Part shown: in pieces, positions 9,539 through 18,864 of the stretch
Numbering within the stretch: the stretch's first letter is position 1
Layout: each line of letters begins with the position of its first letter
Virus record (IMG/VR): IMGVR_UViG_3300049844_000141
Location: 1 to 29,957 of that record
DNA length: 29,957 bases
Source: a virus
Lineage: Duplodnaviria > Caudoviricetes
Strand: one strand, 5' to 3'
The notes under the pieces: model-generated
The model's database searches: none
Seen by the model: only the letters and a program-made list of their open reading frames with translations
What the model was told of the DNA's origin: nothing
Made by a program: the position numbers and the translations under genes

Positions 9539-10609
9539 TTAAACCTCTTGACCACTTATAGTAGAATATAAATCTTGCGACTGATTATCTTTATTAGTTC
9601 TAATAACACGAACTCGAACTCCAGCAGATACGCTAATAGGTGCTTTAAGTTCTAATTGCATATTAGGATTAGCAGTGGAGTTAAACATAACAAATCTAGA
9701 GTTAAATACTCCAGAAGCTACACCACTCTCAATTTGAACTTCAATTTTAGCTTTACCAGAAGCTGAAGCTTCGATTTGTGCTAATAATAAAGTTTTACCT
9801 GCTGTTACAGTATAATCATGGTTACTAGTAGCTGCAGCTGCAATAGCAGAAGCGGTACTGTAGTCATTAACTTCATCGCCTAAATTATTATTACTAATAG
9901 TAACTGGTACAGGATTTGAGGCGCTGTAATAGTTACCTGAACCGTCTGCAATCTGTGATTTTACAGAATCAGAAGCTGCGCTTAAATCTCTGATATCTAA
10001 ATCAGTAGCAGATACAGTTACAGATCCATCGACAGTTAATGATCCACCATTATCAGTAATAGCTATAGAACCATCAGCTGCAATAGCTAAAAAGTCTGAA
10101 CCATCACCAATTTTGATAGAGTCTTGTGTATGGGAAAGATCCCTTACATCTAAATCTGTTGCTGATACAGTTACAGATCCATCGACAGTTAATGATCCAC
10201 CATTATCAGTAATAGCTATAGAACCATCTGCAGCGACTGCTAAGAAATCTGTTCCATCACCAATCTTGATTGAATCTTGGGAGTGTGAAAGATCTCTGAT
10301 GTCTAAGTTAGTAGCGGAAACTGTTACCGAACCATCGACAGTTAGTGAGCCACCGTTGTCAGTGATTGCAATTGAACCGTCAGCTGCTATGGCTAAAAAG
10401 TCTGTACCATCTCCAACTTTTACAGAATCCTGTGTATGAGATAAATCTCTAATATCTAGGTCTGTAGCTGAAAGAGTTGTATTAGTATTAATACTACCGT
10501 CAGCGTTTACTGTTAACTTTCTACTTGTTATCGTTCCATCGACTAATATCGACTGGATATCGCCAGCATTTTCTGTTCTTACTGGTAATGAACTGTTATA
10601 ATCACTCAT
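9539..10609 (-). CDS. Fibre-like virion protein with 51-aa tandem repeats
   Basis: 356 aa; three full and one partial repeat of SATDLDIRDLSHxQDSxKxGDGxDFLAxAADGSIAITDNGGSLTVDGSVTV; C-terminal beta-sandwich related to 10786..11325. Confidence 0.75.
   Translation of the reverse strand: MSDYNSSLPVRTENAGDIQSILVDGTITSRKLTVNADGSINTNTTLSATDLDIRDLSHTQDSVKVGDGTDFLAIAADGSIAITDNGGSLTVDGSVTVSATNLDIRDLSHSQDSIKIGDGTDFLAVAADGSIAITDNGGSLTVDGSVTVSATDLDVRDLSHTQDSIKIGDGSDFLAIAADGSIAITDNGGSLTVDGSVTVSATDLDIRDLSAASDSVKSQIADGSGNYYSASNPVPVTISNNNLGDEVNDYSTASAIAAAATSNHDYTVTAGKTLLLAQIEASASGKAKIEVQIESGVASGVFNSRFVMFNSTANPNMQLELKAPISVSAGVRVRVIRTNKDNQSQDLYSTISGQEV
9959..10471. repeat. Intragenic 153-bp tandem repeat, about 3.3 copies
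   Basis: Period 153 nt; 10011-10075 and 10164-10228 are identical over 65 nt. Confidence 0.95.
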
Positions 10610-10784
10610 TTAATTCCCCTTCTAACTCCCGTTCGCGCTTCTCTTGAACGGCTATATGTTCTTTAAGCCTAGAAATATCTTCAAGGCGTTCCTCTATTTT
10701 AAATTCTAATTCTTCTTTAGCTACTCTTACTTTGGAAAGTTCGAGGCGCTTTTTCTTTATTTCTAAAGATTCGTTTTTTGCCAT
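10602..10784 (-). CDS. 60-aa charged coiled-coil protein
   Basis: E/K/L-rich heptads; GAGGAG RBS; overlaps the downstream start. Confidence 0.7.
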   Translation of the reverse strand: MAKNESLEIKKKRLELSKVRVAKEELEFKIEERLEDISRLKEHIAVQEKRERELEGELNE

Positions 10785-10785
10785 T

Positions 10786-11325
10786 TTACTCCTCTAAAAC
10801 TTGTATCCTTGCATGGAAGTCGCCAGTAGTTGGTCTACTGTGTAAAATCTTAACTGTTATTATATCACCTGTAGCTAACTCGTAGCCCGGTGCCGTTGCA
10901 TCCGAGGTGCCAAACTCTCTATTAATGTTTAGAGGAGCACCAAAATACGTATAACTTTTATCTATCGTTGAACCATTAACTAAAATTGTGTAAGTTCCAA
11001 TATTTGTACCTGATAAATAAATTCTTTGTAAGAAGCCTATTTTTCCTGACGGAACTGTATAAGTTCCTATTGTTGTCTCTACTCCTGAGGCTACTGAAAG
11101 GGCTTCTACAAAACTACTAGTAGCGCTTCTAGATACACTTCCACTAGGATTTAATACATTTACATCTAAACCACGTTTAGCTCCAGATACAGTGCTACTA
11201 ATAGCATTACCTGAACCATCATGTGTGTGCGAGCGTATACTGTCATCAGCAGCCGAGATTACTATCTCTTGCGGCGTATTAAAACTAACCGTAGCTGATG
11301 AGGCTCTATGTAAATGTACTGCCAT
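10786..11325 (-). CDS. Virion appendage protein, paralogue of the 9539..10609 C-terminal half
   Basis: ISAADDSIRSHTHDGSGN vs LSAASDSVKSQIADGSGN; TYTVPSGK vs DYTVTAGK. Confidence 0.65.
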   Translation of the reverse strand: MAVHLHRASSATVSFNTPQEIVISAADDSIRSHTHDGSGNAISSTVSGAKRGLDVNVLNPSGSVSRSATSSFVEALSVASGVETTIGTYTVPSGKIGFLQRIYLSGTNIGTYTILVNGSTIDKSYTYFGAPLNINREFGTSDATAPGYELATGDIITVKILHSRPTTGDFHARIQVLEE

Positions 11326-11327
11326 AA

Positions 11328-11645
11328 TTACACTTTTCTAGTAAAAGCTGTAACTCTGATTACCTGACCTGCTGAACTACTACAAGCATAAATATCACTT
11401 AGATAAAACTCTTCAGCTGAACGACCGCTTGCCGCATCCGCCTGAATAGTTGCTGTATCTCCTGGAGGAATTTCCACGCCTGTAGACGTAGTTACTGTTG
11501 ATCCTCCTAGAGCTATTTTCGCTGAGTTTGTAAATTCAGCTTGCACGGTTACAGAAGTTACTGCTAAGGTTTGTTCATATATTTGGTAAGCTTGTCCAGA
11601 ATTAGTTAACGTCACATTCGGTAAGGTTACTAATTTAACTGCCAT
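11328..11645 (-). CDS. Small beta-sandwich virion protein
   Basis: 105 aa, alternating hydrophobic pattern, in structural operon. Confidence 0.6.
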   Translation of the reverse strand: MAVKLVTLPNVTLTNSGQAYQIYEQTLAVTSVTVQAEFTNSAKIALGGSTVTTSTGVEIPPGDTATIQADAASGRSAEEFYLSDIYACSSSAGQVIRVTAFTRKV

Positions 11646-11648
11646 AAC

Positions 11649-11915
11649 TTAGTTCTCCAAATAAATATAAACTTTAGCCCCATTAGTTAATGCCACATGG
11701 AATCCATCTACTCTTGCTTCAATCTCATCTGAAGAAAGGTTAGTAGCCCCAGCCTCTTCCCAGATTTTATTGCCAGATCCGCTTGTTCCAACAGTAATTA
11801 CTGCTGTACCAGATGTATTTCCAATATACTTAACATAACATATTGTTACCGTTTGGTCAAATGTGTATCCTGTAGTATCTACATAGATAACATTGTTAGA
11901 CTTTGCGTTAGCCAT
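11649..11915 (-). CDS. Small beta-rich virion protein (possible capsid decoration)
   Basis: 88 aa; AAGGAG RBS; first gene after the major capsid gene. Confidence 0.6.
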   Translation of the reverse strand: MANAKSNNVIYVDTTGYTFDQTVTICYVKYIGNTSGTAVITVGTSGSGNKIWEEAGATNLSSDEIEARVDGFHVALTNGAKVYIYLEN

Positions 11916-11930
11916 TTATATGTACTCCTT

Positions 11931-11969
11931 AAAAAAATAAAGGAGGCATCCATCCTAGACTGCCCCCTC
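11931..11969 (-). terminator. Intrinsic terminator after the major capsid gene
   Basis: Minus strand GAGGGGGCA-GTCTAGGATGGA-TGCCTCCTT followed by TATTTTTTT. Confidence 0.75.
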
Positions 11970-11998
11970 ACAATTGAACTTATTAAGCTAGGAACTTA

Positions 11999-12928
11999 TT
12001 AAGCTCCTGAAGTTCCCCATACACCATAAGCATGGATAGCTCCGATAACCTCTCTATAACGAGATTTATAAAGGATACTATCATTCTGGAATCCAGAATC
12101 ATTTCCGCCAGCCTTAGTTTCGATAGGCTTTCTAGATACAATTCTTAATCCAGTCTCAGATGGCTCAGATAACAAGAACCAAGCATCAGAGTCAGCAAGA
12201 TGTGGTGAAGTAACAACGCGTAGTCCCTCATTCTTAAGAGAGTTCATGTTGTTATTTGGAGTATCAGCTTTAAGCTCACTACCAATGATTTCCATTGCGT
12301 AACGCTTATTGCTTGGGTGAACTAATAAAATTTTAGGCATCATTCGGTAAACGATACCAGAGTCGCCGATGAATTGAGTTTCAAAGTCAACTAGAGCTGC
12401 ATCTAAAGAAGTTGGCGATAAGTCAACATCAGAAGAAGGCTTATTTCTGAAAGTTAATCCAGAAGGAAGAGTGTGTGCAGTGTTGAATAAAGAAAGGCCA
12501 TCAGCTACAGTAGTAGATGAGAAACCATTATTTATAATATTCATTGCAGCGATCTCTTGGGATTCTTTAGCAGATTTAGCCATCTTACGAACAGCGTCTG
12601 CGATAAAATCAAATTTACCATCATCAACAGCTTCTTCAGAGATGCTGAAACCTAGTCCGTATTTAACTACAGAAAGAGTTTTATTAGCACCTTGCTTAGG
12701 GCGGTTAAATGAGTAATCTGTTCCCTCAGGAATCTCTGAAAATAGAGGCATATCATGCAATTCAGAAGATTGCCAAATATCTCTATCAGTAGAAACGATC
12801 TTAAATAATTCTTCTCGGCGAGAAGGATGTTGCTCTAACTCAGAGCGAAACAACTCTTCCAATGCAGGTAGCATTGAACTGCCAAAAAGATCCGAATAAT
12901 TTTGTCTAACAAACATAGGAGCTGACAT
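11999..12928 (-). CDS. Major capsid protein (HK97 fold, Mu gpT-like family)
   Basis: 309 aa; KYGLGFSISEEAVDD, DGLSLFNTAH, PKILLVHP, SPHLADSDAWFL motifs; follows portal and scaffold. Confidence 0.9.
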   Translation of the reverse strand: MSAPMFVRQNYSDLFGSSMLPALEELFRSELEQHPSRREELFKIVSTDRDIWQSSELHDMPLFSEIPEGTDYSFNRPKQGANKTLSVVKYGLGFSISEEAVDDGKFDFIADAVRKMAKSAKESQEIAAMNIINNGFSSTTVADGLSLFNTAHTLPSGLTFRNKPSSDVDLSPTSLDAALVDFETQFIGDSGIVYRMMPKILLVHPSNKRYAMEIIGSELKADTPNNNMNSLKNEGLRVVTSPHLADSDAWFLLSEPSETGLRIVSRKPIETKAGGNDSGFQNDSILYKSRYREVIGAIHAYGVWGTSGA

Positions 12929-12945
12929 TTATTCTATCCTTTCAA

Positions 12946-13431
12946 TTATAGGCCAACGCTAGCGTTGCCAAGTTGGTGGTTATTAATTTTTACGATACAC
13001 TTAACATTAGCGCCTAGTGCATTGTCGATTTGTTTATCTACTGCAAGTAATCGTAGAGGAAGAGTATTAGTAGTAGCTTGTGTAGAAGCATCTAATTCCA
13101 TTCCAGAACGCTTGTAAGTAGTATTAGCTGCAGCTACAACGATGTCATAGTTTAAACCAATATCAGTTTGAGCATCAATAGTTGCGTCATCAGCTTGAAC
13201 CATAAATTTTTGATCGATGCCATCACAAACCAAAACTTTGCCAGAAGCTGCGCAATAATTCATTGCAACGCCGATAGCTGAGTCACTTGCTGCACAAGGG
13301 TCAATAAGACCACTTGCATTCATTCGTACTAAATCTCCAGGGTATATTGGGTTTGAACCTGCAGTATACTCTCTTAAAGATTCGATTTTTCCGTGGGGTA
13401 CAAAACCCACTACCATATCTTTATTAGCCAT
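12946..13431 (-). CDS. Minor capsid / cement protein
   Basis: MANKD..GF.P start, IYPGDLV, SGMELD, LPLRLL pattern typical of the gene preceding the MCP in such podoviruses. Confidence 0.7.
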   Translation of the reverse strand: MANKDMVVGFVPHGKIESLREYTAGSNPIYPGDLVRMNASGLIDPCAASDSAIGVAMNYCAASGKVLVCDGIDQKFMVQADDATIDAQTDIGLNYDIVVAAANTTYKRSGMELDASTQATTNTLPLRLLAVDKQIDNALGANVKCIVKINNHQLGNASVGL

Positions 13432-13460
13432 TTAAAATCCCCTTTTATAGTTAATTAACT

Positions 13461-13479
13461 GGGGCCTTAGGAGGGCCCC
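13461..13479 (-). promoter_or_regulatory. GC-rich stem-loop in the leader of the capsid genes
   Basis: GGGGCC-CTCCTAA-GGCCCC without a U-tract; possible mRNA-stabilising hairpin. Confidence 0.45.
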
Positions 13480-13512
13480 TATAACCTATCTCTATTTAAT
13501 TATACTATAATT

Positions 13513-13980
13513 CTACTCTTCGCCATTCTCATCAAAGCCTTCATAGACCTTTGATTTAATTCCAGCATCTCTCATAGATTTTTTAAGCTGTTGAGCAGCC
13601 TCTTTATTATGAACAGCGTTATTTAATGCCTGTCTTCGCATATCTACGCGTGCTTTACGTTGATCAAAGATCTGTTGAGTTTGAACAGCTAGAATTAGGT
13701 CGCCTCTACGTAAATAACCTTCAGCATCTTTACCAAATATGTTATTGTTATTATTAGGGTTTTCTAATTTATAAGGCGTCCATGCTCTTGAGTCAAATCC
13801 ATGCATTTGTTGCAATTTATGAGCATTAATCCATCTATGTACAAGGCCTTTTGCCTTAATCTCCGCAATAATTGCAGGGTTTATGTACAAATGGTCATCA
13901 AAAGTCTGCATTTCTTGCTGAGCCATTGTTTTTCCTGTTAATTCTTCTTTTTCTTTCAATGAGGGTTTATTTTTCGACAT
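13513..13980 (-). CDS. Head-module hypothetical protein
   Basis: 155 aa between scaffold and capsid genes; HRWIN and RRGDLILA motifs; AGGAG RBS. Confidence 0.7.
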   Translation of the reverse strand: MSKNKPSLKEKEELTGKTMAQQEMQTFDDHLYINPAIIAEIKAKGLVHRWINAHKLQQMHGFDSRAWTPYKLENPNNNNNIFGKDAEGYLRRGDLILAVQTQQIFDQRKARVDMRRQALNNAVHNKEAAQQLKKSMRDAGIKSKVYEGFDENGEE

Positions 13981-13994
13981 TGTAATTTCTCCTA

Positions 13995-14741
13995 TTATCT
14001 GTATTTATTCCAGTCTTTACGTTCTTGTCTTACTTTTAAGCGTTCTTGTACCTTTTTATCGTCTGTATTTAATCCTAATAGCTTAGCAAATGCCATTGTC
14101 TTGTCATCTACTTCAGCAGATTTTGATTTTTTACTAGAATTTTGTGCCTCTCCTCTAGGATTACTCGCAGAAAATTGGAACTCATCATTACTATTAGAAT
14201 TAGAGCGTTTAGATTTTGGTAATACTCCTAATTCAGCTGCAGCGTCTCTAACAGCCGCCTTATAAGCTAAAGGGTTACTACGTTCTACATCTGACATCTG
14301 TTTATATAAAGCGATACTCTTACTAGTTAACTCAGAATTAGAGTCACTCAATTCAGGATAGTCACCAACAAGTTGTGAAAGGATATTATTACTTCTTTGT
14401 TGAGTATTGATAGTATCAACTACAACTCTTTGCGCCTCATTACGAGCTTGTTCTTTAACTCGCTTAGCGTACATCTTTGGATCTTTAAAAGCTAAATCTT
14501 CTAGATCACTTTCTTCGTCTGTAACTTGTGCTGAGCTTGATCGATTGTTTTGCGCTACTATTGAATTGGTTAACGCTTCGATTTGCTGTGATAGGCGCAT
14601 GTTCTCCTGTTGAATTTTGTCGAACTTGCGATTCATTTCTGCGGCGATGCTGTCTGGGCTCCTTTTCGACGAAGCTCCCTCTCCATTGCCTTCCATGCCT
14701 TCCGCTGGACCAGTTCCTGTCTGGTCTACCATTTCTGCCAT
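13995..14741 (-). CDS. Capsid scaffolding protein
   Basis: 248 aa, coiled-coil, acidic N-terminus, C-terminal AFAKLLGL helix; between portal and capsid. Confidence 0.75.
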   Translation of the reverse strand: MAEMVDQTGTGPAEGMEGNGEGASSKRSPDSIAAEMNRKFDKIQQENMRLSQQIEALTNSIVAQNNRSSSAQVTDEESDLEDLAFKDPKMYAKRVKEQARNEAQRVVVDTINTQQRSNNILSQLVGDYPELSDSNSELTSKSIALYKQMSDVERSNPLAYKAAVRDAAAELGVLPKSKRSNSNSNDEFQFSASNPRGEAQNSSKKSKSAEVDDKTMAFAKLLGLNTDDKKVQERLKVRQERKDWNKYR

Positions 14742-14821
14742 ATAATTTCTCCCTTTTTACGTCCTTGGTCAATGACGTGCTAGCAGGTATTACCTGTCTA
14801 AGTCCTCGAGAATACTTATTT

Positions 14822-15094
14822 TTATTTGACACCGGACTCTCGAGTTTTGCCCAGTCTCAAAAAATCTTTCAATGAAGCTAGATTTTTCTGCATTCTAACC
14901 ATGCCTTGGTAACGTAGTTGCTCATTTAAGACACGCTTATCAGAGTCTTCGCCATCACCTGCTACGGATAAAATCTTATTTGCTTGCTCTTCCATTATAA
15001 CAGGTAAATATGCTTTCACAAAAATTTTCCAACCTTCTTGGTCGGTCAACTCTTGCAAAAGCTCTATCTGTTCTATAGAAAGTTTATTTGCCAT
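14822..15094 (-). CDS. Small helical protein following the portal gene
   Basis: ELTDQEGWKIF and LRYQG pattern as in small post-portal proteins of podoviruses. Confidence 0.65.
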   Translation of the reverse strand: MANKLSIEQIELLQELTDQEGWKIFVKAYLPVIMEEQANKILSVAGDGEDSDKRVLNEQLRYQGMVRMQKNLASLKDFLRLGKTRESGVK

Positions 15095-15098
15095 ATTT

Positions 15099-17297
15099 TT
15101 ATGCTACCGGTCCTGCTTGCGGAGGTACTGGCATAGTCTGTTCCATAGACATCTGACTATTCCTTTGCATTTGAGCAGAGTTAGCTTGCTGAGCCGACAT
15201 CTGTTCTAATGCTTGTAGCATCTGGGCAGCCTCTTGCTGCTTTTGTGCTAACTTAATAGTTTGATCTTGTGAGAATTGTCCTAACAACTCATCATGCTCC
15301 ATAATATAATCTACATAAGAGATAAAGCCTTGTAAATCTTGGTCTGGAGTAAATACAATATCTATACCAGAAAGTATCCTATTTGCCACTTCCTCAGGAG
15401 TAAATAAACGTGTTCCACCATTTGGTTTACGAATATATTTAGACCAATTTTTAACACCCATACTTTGTAAGAACTGCTTAACAGCTTCAAAGCGTTCACT
15501 TGGTGTAATAATTCCTAATTGTATATCTAATGGATTTGCAGTTAATTGGTATAACTGGTTAGCAGTATCCATTTGAACTTGTTTATTTGAATTGGCCGAC
15601 GAAGCTTCTAATTCGAAATCGTAGTTACCTGCAATCTCATCTTTAGAGCGGAAAGTCTTCCAGTAATTATGTCCATCTTCGCCTAAAAGTCTGAATTGGA
15701 ATCCTGGATCAATATTAGATTGAAGCATCTCAAATACGCCATGTAATAATTTCTTAAATCCTTTATTGAGGCGTTTCAAATAAATATCTAAATTTGTATT
15801 AGATTCGTTAGCAACCACGCGGGCTCCGGTAGCTGTTCTTGCAGCTCCTTGTGCTCCCAAAACTCCTAACGATAGATCACTAACTGATGTCATACGTTCA
15901 ATCATTGAGTAAAGGGCTTGCTCTTCTTGGAAACCAAAACTAGTCCTATTTCCTAAATTAGGAAAATACACATCAGACTGTGGATTATCCAGCGGAATCA
16001 TCGCTCCAGGTTCTAATGGAATTTTCTCAGCTGCCATAGAACTAGAGGCACGATAAAAGCCAAACGGTAATGTAGAGAGGAGGCCAAAGTCAACTCGCAT
16101 ATTATGCTGAGTATCTATTTCCTTAGCTAATGTGTAAGTTAATTCAACTAAGCCAACGGGGTTGCTAGTATCAGTCCTTCTATGGAAGTCTGCTACTGCA
16201 AAAGGACGTTTACCGGATTTAGAGATACGGTGCAAATAAGTTGCTCGCAAAAGTGTTTTAGTATTATCATCAACCCAAACGACTATTTCGGAGTTAATTC
16301 CACTACCATCAACATCCTTACTCAAGTATGCTTCTAAAATCCGGTAACGTTGTAAATCATAAGTAACATCTAAAGAACCTAATTGAGAAATCTCATTACG
16401 CTCTTGTTTAATCATGCCTGTAGGATCGGAAGACTTTAAAGCTTCGCCGCCCTTAATGGCCTTCTCAACTGCATCAGCATCAAAGACGCCTCTATCAGCT
16501 AGAGTCCACAATTCAGAAGCTGTAACATATTGTTGATGGATAACTGCATCCGCAGTATCCGGGTCTCCATTTTGATCAACTATTAATATATCTTCTATAT
16601 TAACTGTCTCAATACTTGGGCCAATAAAGCAAGGCACTACTACTTCTTGTTCCTCTTCCACAACTTTCATTGTAGGAATCATTACTTCATTACCTTGATC
16701 ATCTACTTCGAATCTTGGCGCGCCCTCTTTTTGTACCTCTACTACATCTAAGTAACGAGTATACTTTTTATCCCATCGATATTTAAGGACGCCTCGACCA
16801 GATGTAACCCATCGCCAAATCCACTTATCAATAGCATCATCGATACCGCTATAATGGTTAGCCCATTCTTTTAAAGCATAACGCATAGTCTCTTGAACTA
16901 AAGGCGCTCTATCTGAATTGGCTTCTTTTCTAGCTGTTACTGTAAATGGCGGGTCCATATTAAGGATTGCGCTATTCATGCGTGAATGGAATGTTCGGCA
17001 AAGCGTATACGATATTGGTAAATGTAGTGTACTTGACCAGCCGTAAGGAGCTGGGTAAATAGGCTCAATAAACTCCTCAAACTCGTACAACATCTGACGC
17101 TGTGAGTCTAACCACTTCTGCCTATTAGCGTTTCCTTGCCTCCAGATATTACTTACCTGTTCAGCAATGCCACCCTCATCTAATTTTTTAAATAACTTTT
17201 TAACTATTTGCTCACGAAGACTGGCTTCTGGCAACTGGCCTTTTAAGGTCTTTTTACGGCCTTCATCAATTACTTTACTGTCGTTTTGTAGCTCCAT
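15099..17297 (-). CDS. Portal protein (podovirus type)
   Basis: Start moved from 17321 to ATG 17297 (GGAGG RBS; 17321 lies in a -10 box). GRGVLK, ARTATGA, GNYDF motifs, Gln-rich tail; follows terL. Confidence 0.9.
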   Translation of the reverse strand: MELQNDSKVIDEGRKKTLKGQLPEASLREQIVKKLFKKLDEGGIAEQVSNIWRQGNANRQKWLDSQRQMLYEFEEFIEPIYPAPYGWSSTLHLPISYTLCRTFHSRMNSAILNMDPPFTVTARKEANSDRAPLVQETMRYALKEWANHYSGIDDAIDKWIWRWVTSGRGVLKYRWDKKYTRYLDVVEVQKEGAPRFEVDDQGNEVMIPTMKVVEEEQEVVVPCFIGPSIETVNIEDILIVDQNGDPDTADAVIHQQYVTASELWTLADRGVFDADAVEKAIKGGEALKSSDPTGMIKQERNEISQLGSLDVTYDLQRYRILEAYLSKDVDGSGINSEIVVWVDDNTKTLLRATYLHRISKSGKRPFAVADFHRRTDTSNPVGLVELTYTLAKEIDTQHNMRVDFGLLSTLPFGFYRASSSMAAEKIPLEPGAMIPLDNPQSDVYFPNLGNRTSFGFQEEQALYSMIERMTSVSDLSLGVLGAQGAARTATGARVVANESNTNLDIYLKRLNKGFKKLLHGVFEMLQSNIDPGFQFRLLGEDGHNYWKTFRSKDEIAGNYDFELEASSANSNKQVQMDTANQLYQLTANPLDIQLGIITPSERFEAVKQFLQSMGVKNWSKYIRKPNGGTRLFTPEEVANRILSGIDIVFTPDQDLQGFISYVDYIMEHDELLGQFSQDQTIKLAQKQQEAAQMLQALEQMSAQQANSAQMQRNSQMSMEQTMPVPPQAGPVA

Positions 17298-17319
17298 TAT
17301 GGGAACCTCCGTAGCTACC

Positions 17320-17348
17320 ATTATACCAGTAAATGGTTAACTAGGCAA
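17320..17348 (-). promoter_or_regulatory. sigma70-type promoter for portal/head genes
   Basis: TTGCCT-17 nt-TATAAT with extended -10 TG (TGGTATAAT) in the terL-portal gap. Confidence 0.75.
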
Positions 17349-17352
17349 CTGG

Positions 17353-18864
17353 CTACCAGTCATCCTCGTCAGCTAGCTTACGGCGGCTCTCCGCCCAGTT
17401 ACGCTCCATATAGCCTTCGGACTTACCTTGACCACTCCAAGGCGATTTTATTTTAGGTCGGTGTATCTTCCTTTTGGCATTATCGAAAGTTAGGTTACTG
17501 GCAAGGGCGTACTTTAAACAGGCTAAAAAGTCTTTATTTCCAATTTCTAGTTTAGGCTGGAAATCTTCTGTGCCTTTTTGCTTCTTCCATTGCACATTCT
17601 CTATATCTCTTATAATACCTGTTTTATTTAAAAGTATTTGTAATTTGGGTTCGCCACCTTCAGGAATAAATAAAGCCTCTTGTATACGCTCTAAAAACTC
17701 GTCATCCTTCTTTTCATTATAGGAAGTAGCTCTAATTCTAATTCCCATACTTAAAAGCACTTCTATAAAACTTTTAAAACCTTCGCCACCTGTATAATCA
17801 CCACTTCCAAAATTATCGCAAACTATATCTACAACTCTATGTTCTAGCAACCAGTTGGCTTGCAGCCATTTGCCAAAATCTCTAGGCACTACTTTCTTTG
17901 CAAACTCATCAACGTAATAACTTTTGCCATCTGGCGATGCTGCTAGTAAACAAGCTACTAGGGGCTTATTCGGATGAGGATCTACAGAGATGACGTGTGG
18001 CCATGCTTGCTTATAATCTTCTGGCAAGTCATCTGAGCGAACTAGGTGCTTCTCTCTCTTCCATAAATTAGCTAAGGCCATTCCATCTGAATTAAAGAAC
18101 TCCCCATGCAATCTTGTACGCTTCTCCGCGTCAGTTAGGTGTCTAGCAAACTCGTCAACGTAGCCATCTGCCAAGTTAGCCGCATTCTGTGAAGTAGTAC
18201 CTCTATGGAATTGCGTATCTGGAAAATTTCCTTTTTCCCATTCAACATAATATTCTCGTAACCATGGTTGTGCTATAGGAGTTCCAATAAGTAAGTATTT
18301 TGCTTTACGTCCTTTTTTACGGCCAGATCGTAATAATGCTACCCATACACCTCTCGGACATGGTTCATCTAGTACTACAAAATCTGCCTCTAAAGACTCA
18401 AAGGCCATCTCTTCTTGTAAATGGAACATGAAGCGTAAACTACTTCCATTGGGCCAAGTAATCTCTGTGATGTAAGGTTTACCGCGCTTATGCAATTGCT
18501 CATCTTCTACTTGACGCCATTTACGTAACTCAGGCAACCAGACATCTGCTACCTTCTCAGGTGAGTCTAGAAGCACAATTACTTTTGCAGGTACTGGCGT
18601 GTAAGTTTTTAATTCTGGATTGTATCCATCTAAGGCCCACAAAGCTTCATTAACTCCTAAAGCTGTCTTACCAAAACCATTAGCGCATACAACAATTCTT
18701 TTATCGTGCGTATCTTTTATAATTGGCTTTTGTCCATCATGTGGAACGAATGCTTGCCTAGCATCTCGCTTACGTCGCTTCTTTTCCTCTATGGCATCTA
18801 GTAAAGCTAACTTTTGCTCTTTACTTAATTTACTTAAATCAACTTTCATCTGAGGCGTTCTCAC
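17353..18864 (-). CDS. terL: Terminase large subunit
   Basis: Adenine-binding PHDGQ, Walker A ANGFGKT, Walker B VVLDE, motif III IGTP, nuclease SVDPH. Confidence 0.93.
   Translation of the reverse strand: MRTPQMKVDLSKLSKEQKLALLDAIEEKKRRKRDARQAFVPHDGQKPIIKDTHDKRIVVCANGFGKTALGVNEALWALDGYNPELKTYTPVPAKVIVLLDSPEKVADVWLPELRKWRQVEDEQLHKRGKPYITEITWPNGSSLRFMFHLQEEMAFESLEADFVVLDEPCPRGVWVALLRSGRKKGRKAKYLLIGTPIAQPWLREYYVEWEKGNFPDTQFHRGTTSQNAANLADGYVDEFARHLTDAEKRTRLHGEFFNSDGMALANLWKREKHLVRSDDLPEDYKQAWPHVISVDPHPNKPLVACLLAASPDGKSYYVDEFAKKVVPRDFGKWLQANWLLEHRVVDIVCDNFGSGDYTGGEGFKSFIEVLLSMGIRIRATSYNEKKDDEFLERIQEALFIPEGGEPKLQILLNKTGIIRDIENVQWKKQKGTEDFQPKLEIGNKDFLACLKYALASNLTFDNAKRKIHRPKIKSPWSGQGKSEGYMERNWAESRRKLADEDDW

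Noticed and set aside
9959-10471. Repeat pair as DGR template/variable regions
   Set aside because: In-frame tandem coding repeats with mostly synonymous differences, not adenine-specific; no reverse transcriptase in the window.
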